Source: Octopus sinensis (lineage: Eukaryota). Taken from it: a DNA stretch of 64,000 nt. The notes below the pieces were generated by a model. The model did no database searches and had not been told where the DNA came from. It worked only from the letters and a program-made list of their open reading frames with translations. Positions 14,052-29,200 of this stretch are shown here, piece after piece. The stretch's first letter is position 1. Each line of letters opens with the position of its first letter. Location of the stretch: positions 61,380,001 through 61,444,000 of the forward strand of contig NC_043000.1 in NCBI RefSeq assembly GCF_006345805.1. The letters run 5' to 3'. The position numbers were made by a program, and so were the translations under genes.

Positions 14052-14462
14052 CTTTTACTTGTTTCAGTCATTTGACTGCGGCCATGCTGGAGCACCGCCT
14101 TTAGTCGAGCAAATCGACCCCGGGACTTATTCTTTGTAAGCCCAGTACTTATTCTATCGGTCTCTTTTGCCGAACCGCTAAGTGACGGGGACGTAAACAC
14201 ACCAGCATCGGTTGTCAAGCAATGCTAGGGGGACAGACACAGACACACAAACACATACACACACACTTATATATATATATATATATATATACATATATAC
14301 GACAGGCTTCTTTCAGTTTCCGTCTACCAAATCCACTCACAAGGCATTGGTCGCCCGGGGCTATAGCAGAAGACACTTGCCCAAGGTGCCACGCAGTGGG
14401 ACTGAACCCGAAACCATGTGGGTGGTTAGCAAGCTACTTACCACACAGCCACTCCTGCGCCT
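14052..14462 (-). mobile_element. SINE family A, full-length bipartite copy with internal (CA)n/(TA)n
   Basis: Minus strand: A-box-like tggctgtgtgg, B-box-like ggttcagtccc, ggcaccttgggcaagtgtctt core, microsatellite, then 3' module ending gcagtcaaatgactgaaacaagtaaaag. Near-identical to 19280-19700 and 40632-40990. Confidence 0.9.
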
Positions 14463-14668
14463 TTGAATTCAACTTTGAATTTAAATTTCATAGGTTATGA
14501 AGTTTTGGTGAGAAATGTTTCTGCCACACTATGTAAGGTTTGAATAGTTTATACCCAAATTTGAATACTGATTTGGGGTCCCTAACAGATCAAATAATGT
14601 ATAAGAATTGCAACAAGAGTACGTGTTTTTTATTAGTATACTGACTTTCTAAAAATACAAAAAAATAC

Positions 14669-14728
<60 letters not shown>

Positions 14729-14732
14729 TGTC

Positions 14733-14932
14733 TCTGTGTCTGTATTTGTCCCCTCCACCATCATTTCAAAACCGATGTTGGTGTTTTTACGTCCCCCGTA
14801 ACTTAGCGGTTCGGAGAAAGAGAATGATAGAATCAGCTTCCAAAAAATAAATTCTGGGGTCGATTTATTCAACTAAAAAGGGGGGTGGCGTTCCAGCATA
14901 GCCGCAGTTAGATGACTGAAACAAATAAAAGA
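14733..14932 (+). mobile_element. SINE family A, 3' module only
   Basis: cccgtaacttagcggttcgg...ctggggtcgattt...ccagcatagccgcagttagatgactgaaacaaataaaag. Confidence 0.8.
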
Positions 14933-14979
14933 ATATATAACACACACATAAACACACATATATATATATACATACATAC

Positions 14980-15012
<33 letters not shown>

Positions 15013-15052
15013 TGTATATATATATATATAAGACACACATAAACATATATGC

Positions 15053-15120
<68 letters not shown>

Positions 15121-15654
15121 TATATTTACATGTACGCACACATACACATACACACACGCACACGCGTATATATACACACACGAAATATTACTGAATTGTA
15201 TATAGCATTTTCATTGTTAGTGTAACCTCTTTCTATGGACAATAATGTTAATAGAAGTTTTACGAAAGGAAATCCGAAATAAAAATATACCGTTTTCTGC
15301 AGCCATAGGAAACTGAAACAAAACGAGAATATGTAAGGTAGAAGCAAAGAAGATGCTCTGAAGCGTAAGACACAACACAAAATCAATATCTGAGCGGTAC
15401 AAGTAACATGATACAATATGATTTGGAATATACCACGCATATAGTTTCTTTGCTCCAGCCGTATATTTTTTCTATTCCTATTCAGAATCTCTCCTCAACA
15501 CCCACATAAGAACAGACACATATATACGCAAGCTCACACATACGGACACACAAACACAGCTTTACAAATGGGATATAAAATATCGTACTTATATATATAT
15601 CTATGATATTTGTGTGTGCTTGCATATATCTGTTTCTGTAATTTATATATATAT

Positions 15655-15681
15655 CTATATCTATATCTATATATATATCTA

Positions 15682-15768
<87 letters not shown>

Positions 15769-15790
15769 ATATATATATATGTATATATAA
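15655..15790. repeat. (CTAT)n/(TA)n microsatellite
   Basis: Read directly. Confidence 0.95.
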
Positions 15791-16155
15791 TATGAGTGTA
15801 TATATTTCTGCGTATTTGTCCTGCTAAGCCTTGAACTTGCTATTACATATGTACGTTGGTTGTCTTAGATGCGGCTCTTACCAAAATCATTGTGAATTCG
15901 AGAAGAAAGAGTGAGGGTTGATTTATTGTTGCATACCTCGTCACATTCAACTCAAACGAAAGTGTCTACTTATCTGCATGGATCATAGTGAAACGTGCGC
16001 TTAGTCTCATTGCATGGTTCAATGAATGTTCACAGTACACCGGGTGTAACATAGGTGTAAATACTGCAGGTTTATTACATGTTTCTTATATGTTGACTAC
16101 ACGCACAAACAAATGTAGAGAAAATATTTTATATATATATATACATACAAAATAT

Positions 16156-16198
<43 letters not shown>

Positions 16199-16240
16199 GA
16201 CTATATATGTATATATATATGTGTGTATGAGTATATATAT

Positions 16241-16271
<31 letters not shown>

Positions 16272-16302
16272 GACTATATATGTATATATATGTGTGTATG
16301 AG

Positions 16303-16336
<34 letters not shown>

Positions 16337-16821
16337 TATGTAACTTATATATATATTTATATACACATGTAATTTATATGTAAATATATTCAATAATAAT
16401 AATAATAATATTGACTTCATTTATTTGCCACAAGGGCAAAGGATAAGGGGGACAATACAAAGACAGACATAAAGTGTTGGGGTTTACATATAATGAAATG
16501 ATAAACAAAATGTAAGTAGTCACGGTATACACTGAAAAAGGATGGACATTTGCATAGCCTACAAAGGTTAACAAAAATAGTGGCAAAGAGGATGATAGAG
16601 ATGTGGCCCTCTTGATAAGTAAAGCCTACAGGATAATCGAGGAATCCCACTGTCCGGGATTTTCCTGAAATTCTAAGAGCAAGAGACCCCTCCAATTCCT
16701 TCTCTCTGACGCACAGGTTAATACTTAGAGAAGTATCATCCACTCTTGGCATTTTCGTAACTTCCAATAAAATCGCTCGAAGACAGCACTTCCCTCTCCA
16801 CTAATAATAATAATGAAAGTG

Positions 16822-17013
16822 GTTTCACATTTTGGCACAAGATTGGAAATTTTGGGGGAGGGGATAAGTCGATTACACGGACCCCGGTGCTCAACTGATA
16901 CTTTTTTATCGACTCTGAAATTTATGAAAGGCAAATTCGACCACGGCGGCATTTGAACGCAGAACGTAAAGCAAAAGAAATGCATTCCGTCCGGAGTACT
17001 AACGATTCTGCCA
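16822..17013 (-). mobile_element. SINE family B copy
   Basis: Reverse complement of the family B consensus, including gtcgattacac..ccccggtgctcaactgatac. Confidence 0.8.
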
Positions 17014-17029
17014 GTAATAATAATAATAA

Positions 17030-17082
<53 letters not shown>
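17014..17082. repeat. (TAA)n microsatellite
   Basis: Read directly. Confidence 0.95.
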
Positions 17083-17084
<2 letters not shown>

Positions 17085-18270
17085 TCATCAGTTATAACCT
17101 GAGTGAACTCCAGTGTATGGACATAAAGACGAGGAAACCTTTGACACTAACAGGATGTACTATCGAAAATCAGACGTCAACAGGCTCTATCTCCCTTGAA
17201 AGGAAGGCGGTAGAGACCTAAACCAACTTGAAATGTCCTATAAAACGACCAAGATAGGACTCAAAGTGTATATCCAAAGTAACACCGACTGGATGATACA
17301 GCTAGTAAAGCAACATGAACAGAATCAGAAACTGCGTTCAGTCTCGAGGGAGGTATATAAATACAGACGAGGACTTAACCTCTCTGATTATAATAATGAT
17401 AAGTAGGACACACCACTCATTAAGGCAACAGAAAGGTTCAAAAGAAAGACCAAACAGGAAAGCTCGGAGGTAATATCGAATCTGTGGCAAGAATATCCAT
17501 GGCAAGAAAAAACATTGCGATAGCCCAAACGAGCTGGGGAAGCTGATGTAGATGTGAAACCTCATCAGTGACTGTAGAGTGCTTGTTCTAAAGCCGAAAC
17601 AGAAGGATTTATGCTAGCAGCACAAGATCAGAGCCTCCCCACTCGAAACTATCAAACTAGTGTCACATACAATGAGGTGGACACAAAGTGTAGTCTCTGC
17701 AATGACAAACTGGAGAGTATTGACCACATTGTTGACGGTGGTTCAGTCCTTACTCCTACAGAATATAAAACCAATACTTGCACTGGAGCGTATGCCGTCA
17801 CTATGATGTCTCACACTCTAAGAACATGTATGAACACCATCCAGAGCCAGTCACTGAGGGAGATAATGTTACCATTCTATGGGATTAAGGGATACATACA
17901 GACAAGCAAATAAAGGCCTAAGACAAAAACCATGTCTGAAAATTGATATGATAATACATACTGATAGAAACATCTCGGCAAAGGAATTTGAAATCTATGG
18001 AAATATAAGGACCTTGAGATTGAGATATCTAGGATGTGGCAATTAAAAAACCAAAACCATTACTGTTGTTGTAGATACCCTGGGAATGATCGAGAAAAGT
18101 AGTGATAAAGCTTTTAACCAGATCCTTGAGGAACCAAAATCTATGAGACTCAAAACATTGTTGACATCAACCACCCACATTCTCAGGAAATGTCTTGCCA
18201 TCTAATATATACGTTCCTTAGGCCTCTGGTTGAAACCTGGTCGGAAGATGACATAAAATACAAGTCAATC
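17085..18270 (+). mobile_element. 5'-truncated non-LTR retrotransposon with restriction-like endonuclease (R4/Dong-like), degenerate
   Basis: Motifs MDIKTRK, SDVNRLYLP*KEGGRDL, EGFMLAAQDQSLPTRNY, CSLCNDKLESIDHI (CCHC finger), KYKDLEIEISRMW.L occur in the expected order, with several frameshifts. Confidence 0.85.
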
Positions 18271-18715
18271 CTGCTATTGAATCCTGCTAGGTATGACATA
18301 AAAAAAGTACGTCAGAAACATCTAAAGAAAATCGCAGGCGACCCATGTCTCGGAAAAAACCCAAAATTGTGTACTGCCTACATTTTGAGAGAAAAAAATC
18401 TGTGCTGTATTAAATGAAGATATTTCGTTACTGCCACCACCACTACCCTTCCTCAAGCTTTCAGTCATACTGTAGCATCTCTATTCCTTTACTCACCCTA
18501 GGACGCTGGGTGTGTCTCGGAAAGTGATTGTAACAAACAAGCAGATTAAAAGTAAAAAAAAATATATAATAGTAACAATAATAACAGCAAAGCTAGACCA
18601 AATGTTGATATTTAGCTTGCGTTTAACACACGGCTGTCAGATCATTATACAATAGAGAAAAAACGAATTTATGTCTTACAGATATAATTTTTAACCTCCT
18701 TCCTCCTCCTCCTCG

Positions 18716-18789
18716 TTCTTCTTCTTCTTCTTCTCCTTCTTCTTCTTCTTCTTCTTCTTCTTCTTCTTCTTCTTCTTCTTCTTCTTCTT

Positions 18790-18818
<29 letters not shown>
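18716..18818. repeat. (TTC)n microsatellite
   Basis: Read directly. Confidence 0.95.
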
Positions 18819-18820
<2 letters not shown>

Positions 18821-18924
18821 ATGCTTAGCGGCATATCGACTGTCTATACTTTCTGATTTAAAATGTCAGGATAAACACCACATGACCTCGCAGTTGGGGC
18901 TGAGTTAGAATTTTTTTCGGGTTC

Positions 18925-19200
18925 GAGTCACACACGTACCGCGCAAAATGTCCTTGAATAGGAGCTGTTTAAGGATGGTGAACGAAACAACCATGTTTCC
19001 AGAAGTGAATTATTAAAATCCCAAAGAATTCCTCTCAACACATGGCTATGATGCTCTCCCACAATTTCTGCTCGTGATCAGAGATGCGCATACCGTCATC
19101 CACTAAGGGACGTGCTCAACTGGTTGAGGTCAAACAAATGACAAGCAAATTTGTAGTTTTGAGCTGAATATTTGCTGTAACACACCTTTTACACCAAGAC
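18925..19200 (-). repeat. Interspersed repeat (probable SINE) of another family
   Basis: Resembles a common octopod repeat I recall (ttgaccttaaccagttgagcatgtcccttagtgg...gatcacgagcaga). No second full copy in the window. Confidence 0.45.
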
Positions 19201-19279
19201 AAAACATATACATGTTAACACACACATATGTATGAATTAAAAAAAAAAAATGAACATTCTCTATACTCTTACTCTTTAC

Positions 19280-19491
19280 TCTTTTACTTGTTTCAGTCAT
19301 TTGACTGCGGCCATGCTGGAGCACCGCCTTTAATCGAGCAAATCGACCCCGGGACTTATTCTTTTGTAAGCCCAGTACTTATTCTATCGGTCTCTTTTGC
19401 CGAACCGCTAAGTAACGGGGACATAAACACACCAGCATCGGTTGTCAAGCAATGCTAGGGGACAAACACAGACACACAAACACACACACGC

Positions 19492-19525
<34 letters not shown>

Positions 19526-19700
19526 ATACATATATACGACGGGCTTCTTTCAGTTTCCGTCTACCAAATCCACTCACAAGGCTCTGGTCGGCCCGAGGCT
19601 ATAGTAGAAGACACCTGCCCAAGGTGCCACGCAGTGGGACTGAACCCAGAACCATGTGGTTGATAGACAAGCTACATACCACACAGCCACTCCTGCGCCT
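19280..19700 (-). mobile_element. SINE family A, full-length copy
   Basis: Near-identical to 14052-14462 apart from the internal microsatellite. Confidence 0.9.
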
Positions 19701-20174
19701 ATCAACAATTTATTTAACTTAAACTATTTTGAATATTCTAGCACAATCCAACCGATGCCAATAGCAATTTGCATATTTAATCGATATTTTATTTAGTTGA
19801 TTAATTAGTCTCTGACTACCAAGCTATTCTTGTCAAAGTTAACATGCTGTTGCTAAATGTTGTATTCGCTGAAATAATGCGGATGGCGGTTGACAAGCTA
19901 TAGGTTTCAGACCTTTGTCTATAGCTTAACAACTCCTTCTAAATTGTGACAATATATCAGTGGTATAAAATGCAATGTTGAGCCTACCGATATTTGAATG
20001 TAAAGAATTGAAAGAAGTACCGCAAACCCTTGTTTCCGACGCTCAAATGATTCTAAACTGCCATTGAATTCAGTGTAAATGTGTTGATATTTATCTTGAC
20101 ATAGTGTTAAACAATTTATTTATAATATACTTATAAATTTTATAATGCAGAACAATATACCTTGAATTAAATAT

Positions 20175-20380
20175 TGTTTTTAGGTTTTTGGCAGAAGGCC
20201 AGTAATTTCGATGAAGGGGCTAAGCTAATTACTTCGACCCTAGTGCTCAACTGGTATTTATTTTATCAACCCCGGAAGGATGAAAGGCAAAGTAGACATC
20301 GGCGGAATTTGGACGTCGAACGTAAAAGCGGATGAAATGCCACTAAGCATTTTGATTAACGATTCTGCCAACTCGCTGTC
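20175..20380 (-). mobile_element. SINE family B copy
   Basis: ttcgaccctagtgctcaactggtatttattttatcaaccccggaaggatgaaaggcaaag...cactaagcatt...aacgattctgccaactcg. Confidence 0.8.
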
Positions 20381-21825
20381 TTCATTTTGAATTAAATGAT
20401 CAGCGGAACTTTACTTCACAACAGACAATCTCTCTGTTACAATCATTCAGCAGACCTGCAGAGAACTTTTCTCTTCCTATTCCGCCGTGGCAAAGTTTTA
20501 GTCCGTTTTCTAGTAATGTACTTAACAATAGTACAGTGTCTGAATATTTGAATATTTTCCTAGGATTATTTTTTTGGCTCTAGGCTTATGGATTACATAT
20601 CATAAGAAAATACATACGCATAAATTGATTTCTCTCTGGTTGAATGTTCGTTACATATATGAGTAGGAAATTAGAAAATACAAATTCGACAGGAAGTGAT
20701 TTCTTAAATATATCAATTCAGACAAGCGTGACAGAATCAAGTTATAATGTTTTTTTCCCAGCTGGAATGGGAGAAAGTGTTAAACAGATATACTCTTCTT
20801 ATTTGGCTGGTAACATCCATATAAAAATATTACTGGGCTTACAATCTTAAATTTGTCGGCGCCATTTGCATTTATCTAGCTACATCGTATCTCCTATATA
20901 ACAGTTATTTAATAATGAACGTAAAATATAACGTGACAACTAAATGACGAATCGATTTTATGGTTAGTGTGTTATTACAGTGGTGGAAGGGGTGTATCTA
21001 TATGAAGGTATAGAGTTAAATAATAGGAAAAGATTCAGTAAAGCGATCAAATCTTCATCACTGTAAGCAATTGTATGCATAATGAAATAGACAGAAAACC
21101 GGTCCCCGCTTTGCATTGTCGTAATCATATTTGTACTGAAAAAAGGTAAAAAAAAAAAGAAAAAAAGCCAACTGTGGTTGATATCAATGATAGATATCGA
21201 TGGTCGCAGATCGTTCAGCTGAAATATTTGCCTATTCATACAATATGACAAAATGGATAATAACAAGTTACAAGTTACTTCCATTCATGCAGAAAATTAA
21301 GAGATTGTTACACTCAACTTCACAGAATTCCACCCCTTGATTTCTAATACATAGATCAGGGCGAAATTTGCATGTTTACCATTATTTTTGAATAAGTTTT
21401 CGATTACGATTCAAGTAAAATATGTAAGATACACAGATTTTAACAGATGTACACACAAATACATGGATATATACGCAGTCACCCATGACCTCAGGCGACA
21501 CAATTGCAAATAATCTTAGCTATAGATATATTCATATATAAATATATATTTCCTTCACTTCATTCTCCTTTTCTCTCTTCCTATTTGCTGTTTGTCTGCT
21601 TTAGTTGTCTGCGTGACTGTTTCAGATTTATACAGAAACGTGAGCGAACACAGAGAACGTAGGAATAAACATATTCACTCACTGATAGGCATATGTCTTT
21701 TGTAGAAACACTTGCACGTGCACACACAGATGCAAACAGCATGCACACACACATATACAGGATTATGGGTTAGCGAGAAAACTATTACACGCTTTATTTT
21801 ATTATATATATATATATGTGTGTGT

Positions 21826-21905
<80 letters not shown>

Positions 21906-22790
21906 TTCAGATGTATATATATTCGTATATAAATACATATGGAGGTAGGTATTTACTTATACACACATACTTGCACATATGGACACATATGACTGTATTA
22001 TATGTGTGTGTGCACGCAGTAGAACGTAAAAAGTACCTATACACACAAATACATGCTCACAAGAAACCTATATAAATGTGCGCATACTTGAACAGGCATA
22101 TGGTAGCTCATGTGCATGCTTATTCAATTACATGAATCTTAGCTACAGATGAAGCGGGGCACCAAAATATTGATGTATCTTCGAATGAATATCAGATAAA
22201 ATGTATTTCGTGTACGCCTTAATAGTTCGGTCGGTACCATATATTAGCCGTTGTCTCAGTAGATATAATGCATAGTTTCACAGAAGCTACACAGTAATGA
22301 AACGGTTCTCGTAAAAGTTGGCATTATGCCAGCCGCACAACTTGTTGATTGAGAATGAAGTTAGGCAACTGTCTTGCTTGTCTTCTGTTATTATCATCTT
22401 AATTTTTTATTTGAGATCGCCTTAATAAGAAATTCAAATTTTATCTCTTTTGTAATCAGATAACACACACACACGCACACACACACACACACACACATAC
22501 ACACAGAGGCATTTATACACAAACATACAATACACACACGCCTCTTTATACACATATATGTACAAATATCCAGAAAAATGGTTTCATATGAAAATTCTCC
22601 CATGCACCCCCCCACGCACATACACACACTTACATACATACCCGCTTACCCACACAGATACACATAAATGTATAGATACATATGTACATGCATACATACA
22701 TACAGATATGTGTGTATGAGAGAGAGAAACGTCCTAATCTTTTTTTCCCTCTCTCCTCTTTCCTATCTCTCCCCCACCTCTGTGTCCGTG

Positions 22791-22883
<93 letters not shown>

Positions 22884-24290
22884 TCACACAAACGGACACA
22901 CATTGATTTAATGAATACGCAGATTCATATCTTGCATTCCGAAAGACTGATATTCTATATTTGATGGATGTAGCGAAATGTATGCTTGTTGATATATTTT
23001 GAAATATCCATCAAATGTATAATGCCAGAAACGAAAGATTATATCTATCTGTGTAATTATGAAATCATTCAGGCTCACATCATACAACTATCTACATCCT
23101 GAGATAGCTACATTGTCACTGAAACCATTTACTACGCCGATATAAATGTTTAAAAGCTGAGTAGATACAATATTCACCAAAAATCACGACTTGGTAAAAT
23201 TCAGCATCTTATGTTTGATTTAGAAGAATAAAAAAAATCAATGTGCAAGACATGACACGAAACTGTTTCAGAAATATTCAAATCCTGTTTCATAAGTTAA
23301 ACACTTTGTAAAAATGAAAGTGACCTTTTTAAAGAATCTTTCCCAGTCTCATTGAAAATTTGTTTATCGCAGTAAATTTCTTACTGGGAAATTTTGTTGC
23401 ATTACGTAATTTATCTAATTTACAAAAGACGCTGTCACATCTGAAATATAAGCTAGAGGAAACAAACTCTGGTAAAGTAGTTATCGATTACGTAGCAGAG
23501 AACGTATAAGCTCACATGCAAAGCAAGAAGACAAGTAGTTAGTATAGTATATTTATGATATAAGATTCCTTGACAGAATTAAAGTTTCATACATGAAACT
23601 GAGAGCAAAAGGCGTCAGCAGTATAAAATGGATCAACTGTGACCGTACTCGAATGCGAACGATGCGCATCACACGCACATCTAATGATAAATTCTATCTA
23701 TCGATTCTTTAACCATCAAATCTAATCACCATTGAGTCTTCAGTCATTCAATGAATCAATCGATCAGTCTCTCTGTCCGTCTTCTGCCTATCCCTCTCTC
23801 TCTCTCTCTATCTCACTCTATGATATTATTATTATTGTTACTATTACCCATGTCTTATTTCTCACTCCATAATTTCACACACCCCCATATCACAAAGAAT
23901 AAATTGTGAACGAACCTTATGTGGACGAAAGCTTATGTGTTTAAATACATCTTTCCCCAAGGTCATGCAAATCTATTCTCGAATTCCCAATACCGTTCAC
24001 TAAAAATACTATGAAGTATCAGTAAAGCATACCAGGAAATTGGTGTACCAAACGCTCGACAACAGCCCTTGTATGATTAGTGAAATGAATTGGCTTCACT
24101 AGTTTTTTAGCCGAAGTACATCCATACATACATAGTACTTACACACTTGCATGCATACATACGTACATACATACATGCATCCATCCATCCATCCATCCAT
24201 CCATCCATCCATCCATCCATCCATCCATACATACATACATACATATACACGCACTCACGTACGCACACACTCTTATATGTACACATATAC

Positions 24291-24330
<40 letters not shown>

Positions 24331-24337
<7 letters not shown>

Positions 24338-24871
24338 TGCCAATTTTGTACAAGACATGGTAGATCTTTAGCTGGGCTAAAATGTCAAATTCGATCACAG
24401 CACCAGTAACAGTTAAGCTTCGTGCAATGGCCATACTCGATAACGAGGGGGCAGCCATAATATATAGATATGTTCCACAAAATTTTTATGTATGGCAGTT
24501 ATAAGCTAAAATGAAGGGAAATAAGAAATATAAATATTTAAAAAGATATACATTGCTTACGCCTCATATCACTGACACGAAGATTCATTATATATGAGGA
24601 ATTCATGTTTAAATTAGTTAAATAGGACCTCATATATTTTACGAGATAACGGTATTTCAGCAGAAATAATTGGATCAGCATTGTTTAGAACAGCTAATAA
24701 TACAATAAATATTCACATTCTCGAATGCTGTATGCTTGATATCATGTTTAATACAATGAACAATTAGATATTGCCAAGACTAAGTTAATTAATCTAAATG
24801 TTGATATATATCACACACAAGCACCCCTATACACGCACACACACACACACATCTATCTATCTATCTATCTC

Positions 24872-24910
<39 letters not shown>

Positions 24911-25032
24911 GTCTGTCTGTATGTCTGTCTGTCTGTCTGTCTGTCTGCTGTCTGTCTATCTATCTATATATTCATATACATACATATATACATATACACA
25001 TACATAAATACATACATACATACATACATACA

Positions 25033-25090
<58 letters not shown>

Positions 25091-25603
25091 TGCCAATTTT
25101 GTACAAGACATGGTAGATCTTTAGCTGGGCTAAAATGTCAAATTCGATCACAGCACCAGTAACAGTTAAGCTTCGTGCAATGGCCATACTCGATAACGAG
25201 GGGGCAGCCATAATATATAGATATGTTCCACAAAATTTTTATGTATGGCAGTTATAAGCTAAAATGAAGGGAAATAAGAAATATAAATATTTAAAAAGAT
25301 ATACATTGCTTACGCCTCATATCACTGACACGAAGATTCATTATATATGAGGAATTCATGTTTAAATTAGTTAAATAGGACCTCATATATTTTACGAGAT
25401 AACGGTATTTCAGCAGAAATAATTGGATCAGCATTGTTTAGAACAGCTAATAATACAATAAATATTCACATTCTCGAATGATGTATGCTTGATATCATGT
25501 TTAATACAATGAACAATTAGATATTGCCAAGACTAAGTTAATTAATCTAAATGTTGATATATATCACACACAAGCACCCCTATACACGCACACACACACA
25601 CAC

Positions 25604-25699
<96 letters not shown>

Positions 25700-25860
25700 G
25701 TCTGTCTGTCTGTATGTCTGTCTGTCTGTCTGTCTGTCTGCTGTCTGTCTATCTATCTATATATATTCATATACATACATATATACATATACACATACAT
25801 AAATACATACATACATACATACATACATACATACATACATACATACATACATACATACAT
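24331..25860. repeat. Two-copy direct tandem duplication, period 753 bp
   Basis: 24331-24850 recurs at 25084-25603 with one substitution seen (C24728 vs A25481); the trailing compound microsatellites differ in length. Confidence 0.95.
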
Positions 25861-25975
25861 ACTACATACATACATATATATATATATACATATAATAATA
25901 AATATTAGGGAATAAATCCAAATTTACAGGGAAAAAATCAGATTTAGGATTAAATCCAATTTTATAGTAAAATAT

Positions 25976-26164
25976 TATATAATATTAATTCGAGACAAAA
26001 CACTATTTTGCAAAACAAACAAGGAAAGACTTAATCAATACATAAAAATTTTTAATATAAAGAAATAAACCGCTACATTATTTCTTTATATTAAAAATTT
26101 TTATGTATTGATTAAGTCTTTCCTTGTTTTTTTGCAAAATAGTGGTTTTGTCTCGAATTAATAT

Positions 26165-26170
<6 letters not shown>
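25976..26170. repeat. Fold-back inverted repeat, about 93-bp arms, 9-nt loop
   Basis: Arms 25976-26068 and 26078-26170 are reverse complements around accgctaca, with only two small differences seen. Confidence 0.95.
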
Positions 26171-26206
<36 letters not shown>

Positions 26207-29200
26207 GAGAGGGAGGCATAGAGCTATATGTGTATGTATGTAAATGTATATGACATATGAATGTCTTTGCATATCTTTCTGCTACGTATATAAGGTCATG
26301 GGATTTTAGCTCATTTCAGTAATAAGGATTTTTCCGAGACTTCAGGAAGGAAAATAAAGATTGCATGATATTCAGATAAAGGTGATCAAGATTTCAATAT
26401 GACAGTAAAATGTATGCAAAGTATCCTTAACGCTCCGTTTGACTTCTTTTCAGTTAATCATTTCCTATTAGACCCTATGATATGGAAACAGTTTGGGTGA
26501 TTTTGTTTTTGAAAATATAATTACAAGATATTCACAGAAACACTGCAAAATACAATTTAAATGCTGAAAAAGAAGTTGGACACGAGAGGGGAAAAAAATC
26601 ATTCATAAAGAAATTCAAGACGTTCAAAAAAGAAAAAAAGTAGAAAATTATTTAAACGACCAAAATTACTTCTAACGAAGTTATGAATCGATAGTTATAG
26701 GGAGGCATAAATTTAGGCAATTATAACTTTAAAAATACACGCAATATCTAATAAAAAATCAAAGGCACGACTATAAAGTATTACAATCTATTCAGATATT
26801 TGATATTTTACTCAAAAGCATTTTAATTTTTCACGTAGAAAAATAGGATTACCCTCCTCGCCCAATACTTCACTTTTAGATAGAAATAACTTCTTTCACT
26901 GGGAAGGTGCTTCAGAAATAAGGGAAGGTTGTACAAAGCAACACTGTTTTCTTGTGATTCTACTGATGTTCGCTTGAAACTTGTTGACGTTAACTCATAA
27001 AATATCACCTCTGACATTACTTTTTACTGAATGGAAATGAATGAATTGAACCAAGGAAAGCAGGGAAATAGGGCCACAAGTTAAGTTATCTTTTTGAATA
27101 TGAATTAGGTTAATTAAGAAAAAACTTGGTTAAGAGAGTAACAAATTTTGAAAAAAGGAAGCATTTATAACTAGATTTATGAACCCTTAGAATGTTTAAC
27201 ATGTCTGACGTTACAATAACAAAACGTGCTCATTTAGTATGACAGTATATTCAGGATTTACTAAAAATAAAGCAACGATACACTTATACTTGCATATAAA
27301 TAAATGAAAGGACCACGAAAGACTGCCACTAGCATCTGAAATCTCCATTAGTTCATCACAGGAAACAATCGTTAGATAGATGATACACACAATAATTTCG
27401 CATCTCTCCAAATCCTTAGTAATCTACTGCAGATATTATGTTGGTTCACGCGTGTCCGATGTTTATATAAGATATATTGATTCCTAATATTGAGACACTT
27501 TGAAGAATGATGTGTCCATTTAATCCACTCATTCATTGGTTGATGCGTGTTTTATTGATCCAGAAGGATCAAAAGCATACTTGACCTTGGTCAAATTTCA
27601 AATCGTTACACACGCAGCAAAATAAAAATATTTTCCAATGATCTCAGATTCTAAAAGAATGTAATATAGTTTTGAAGTAGTTACTGAAATCCGAACAGAT
27701 CTACAATCTGCAGTGTAATAGCTCAATTTTCGTTACTGAAGTCTTCCCAAAACAGGGGTTTAAAACAAGATACCACTAGTTTAAAATATGCTTCAATCCA
27801 CTATTTTCGGAAAATCGAGGGGTCTTTTCCAATCTTATGTGATGTTGAAATTCTTCGCATTAATTTCTGGCAGGGGGCGGCCAACATTAACATCGATCTT
27901 GATATGTACAGAAATATGTCCTGTAGTATTGTTTACTTTTGTTTTAATCTAATATAGAGCGTTGCTGCAACATATATCGCTCTAACTCCGAACAAACGCT
28001 ATATGGATAGAAGCACCACCAAAGTCAATGAAAACAATTATCTCAAAAGTAAATGGCAAGCAGATCTTGATCAATGAAATTGCTTGAAGCTCTCATATCT
28101 CGAGCAATGATGTCAACGTAACAATATTTTTCCCATAGAAAATATTCCATCAATACCGGATATTTACAAAGTTTTACCCGGTTTTAATAAAAATTAAAAT
28201 TAAATCAGAGTTGAATCGATTTTAATGAATTGTTTCTATTTTGCCAGATTATACTTCAAAGTGACAGGGAATCATTAAATTTTATACTACACTTTCAAAA
28301 ATTCGAGCGAAACCCCCTGCGCCTTGCGTATTAAGAGAATGATAAGATTATATAGCGTAGATAATCTCAACATAAAAACCATCAGACTCCTGAAAAAATC
28401 GTACAAAAATATCGGCAACTACTATATGATTTTCACATCAGTCGTATTTGAGTATGAAGATAAATTTCTGCAAACTATGCATACAGGGAATTATTTTTAC
28501 AAATACCTGCTCCTCTGAATTGGCAAGAGCGTAAGTTTCTGCTTAATATTCCTTTATCAGATGTTTATAAGTGATGCATGGTCTGATCCAGTATTGCTGA
28601 AAATTAAGTACGTTTGTATCTATTTATATGCAAGTGTATAAACCTATTTAGGCATAAGGTACGAGAAACAAAAATCATCAAATAGGTAAGAATTTCACTT
28701 TGTAATCAAGTGCTACTTGGTTCGATCCTACTGTATATCATATTGGACAACATAATTGAGAATTGAGCTCATTTGTCACGGACACAATGTTACACCCCCC
28801 TTTCTTCCACTTTCTTAGTTCTGCAGCGGCAACTAGTTATCGTCAACCAATTCAGATAGCTATGTAATTTCCAACGAATGAACAGAACACCAACATATTC
28901 AAAACAACCCTAACTATGTCACTACACCTGTTGGAAGCTTCAGAATGAAAATCTTTCTAAAACGCCATCTAAGCTGCAATAGTTAGGTTATTGACAAAAG
29001 GAAATTTTGCGTTTTGACTTAGAACTATAAGTAAGAATCATATTCTGAGGATATTTTAGTAATCAGGCAAGATAGGATTAGGTATTCCGATATTCTTCAT
29101 CGTAAAAAATAATATCAGTAGTAGTGAATCCATACAACAGAAGCATTGACTGTTTTTTTGAAACATTCAACGCGCATGTCTGATATGCATCTCTCTCGTT

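Noticed and set aside
13988-14500. Recurrent ORFs containing DCGHAGAP / [11 protein letters not shown] / EDTCPRCHAVG
   Set aside because: Translations of SINE family A, not a gene family.
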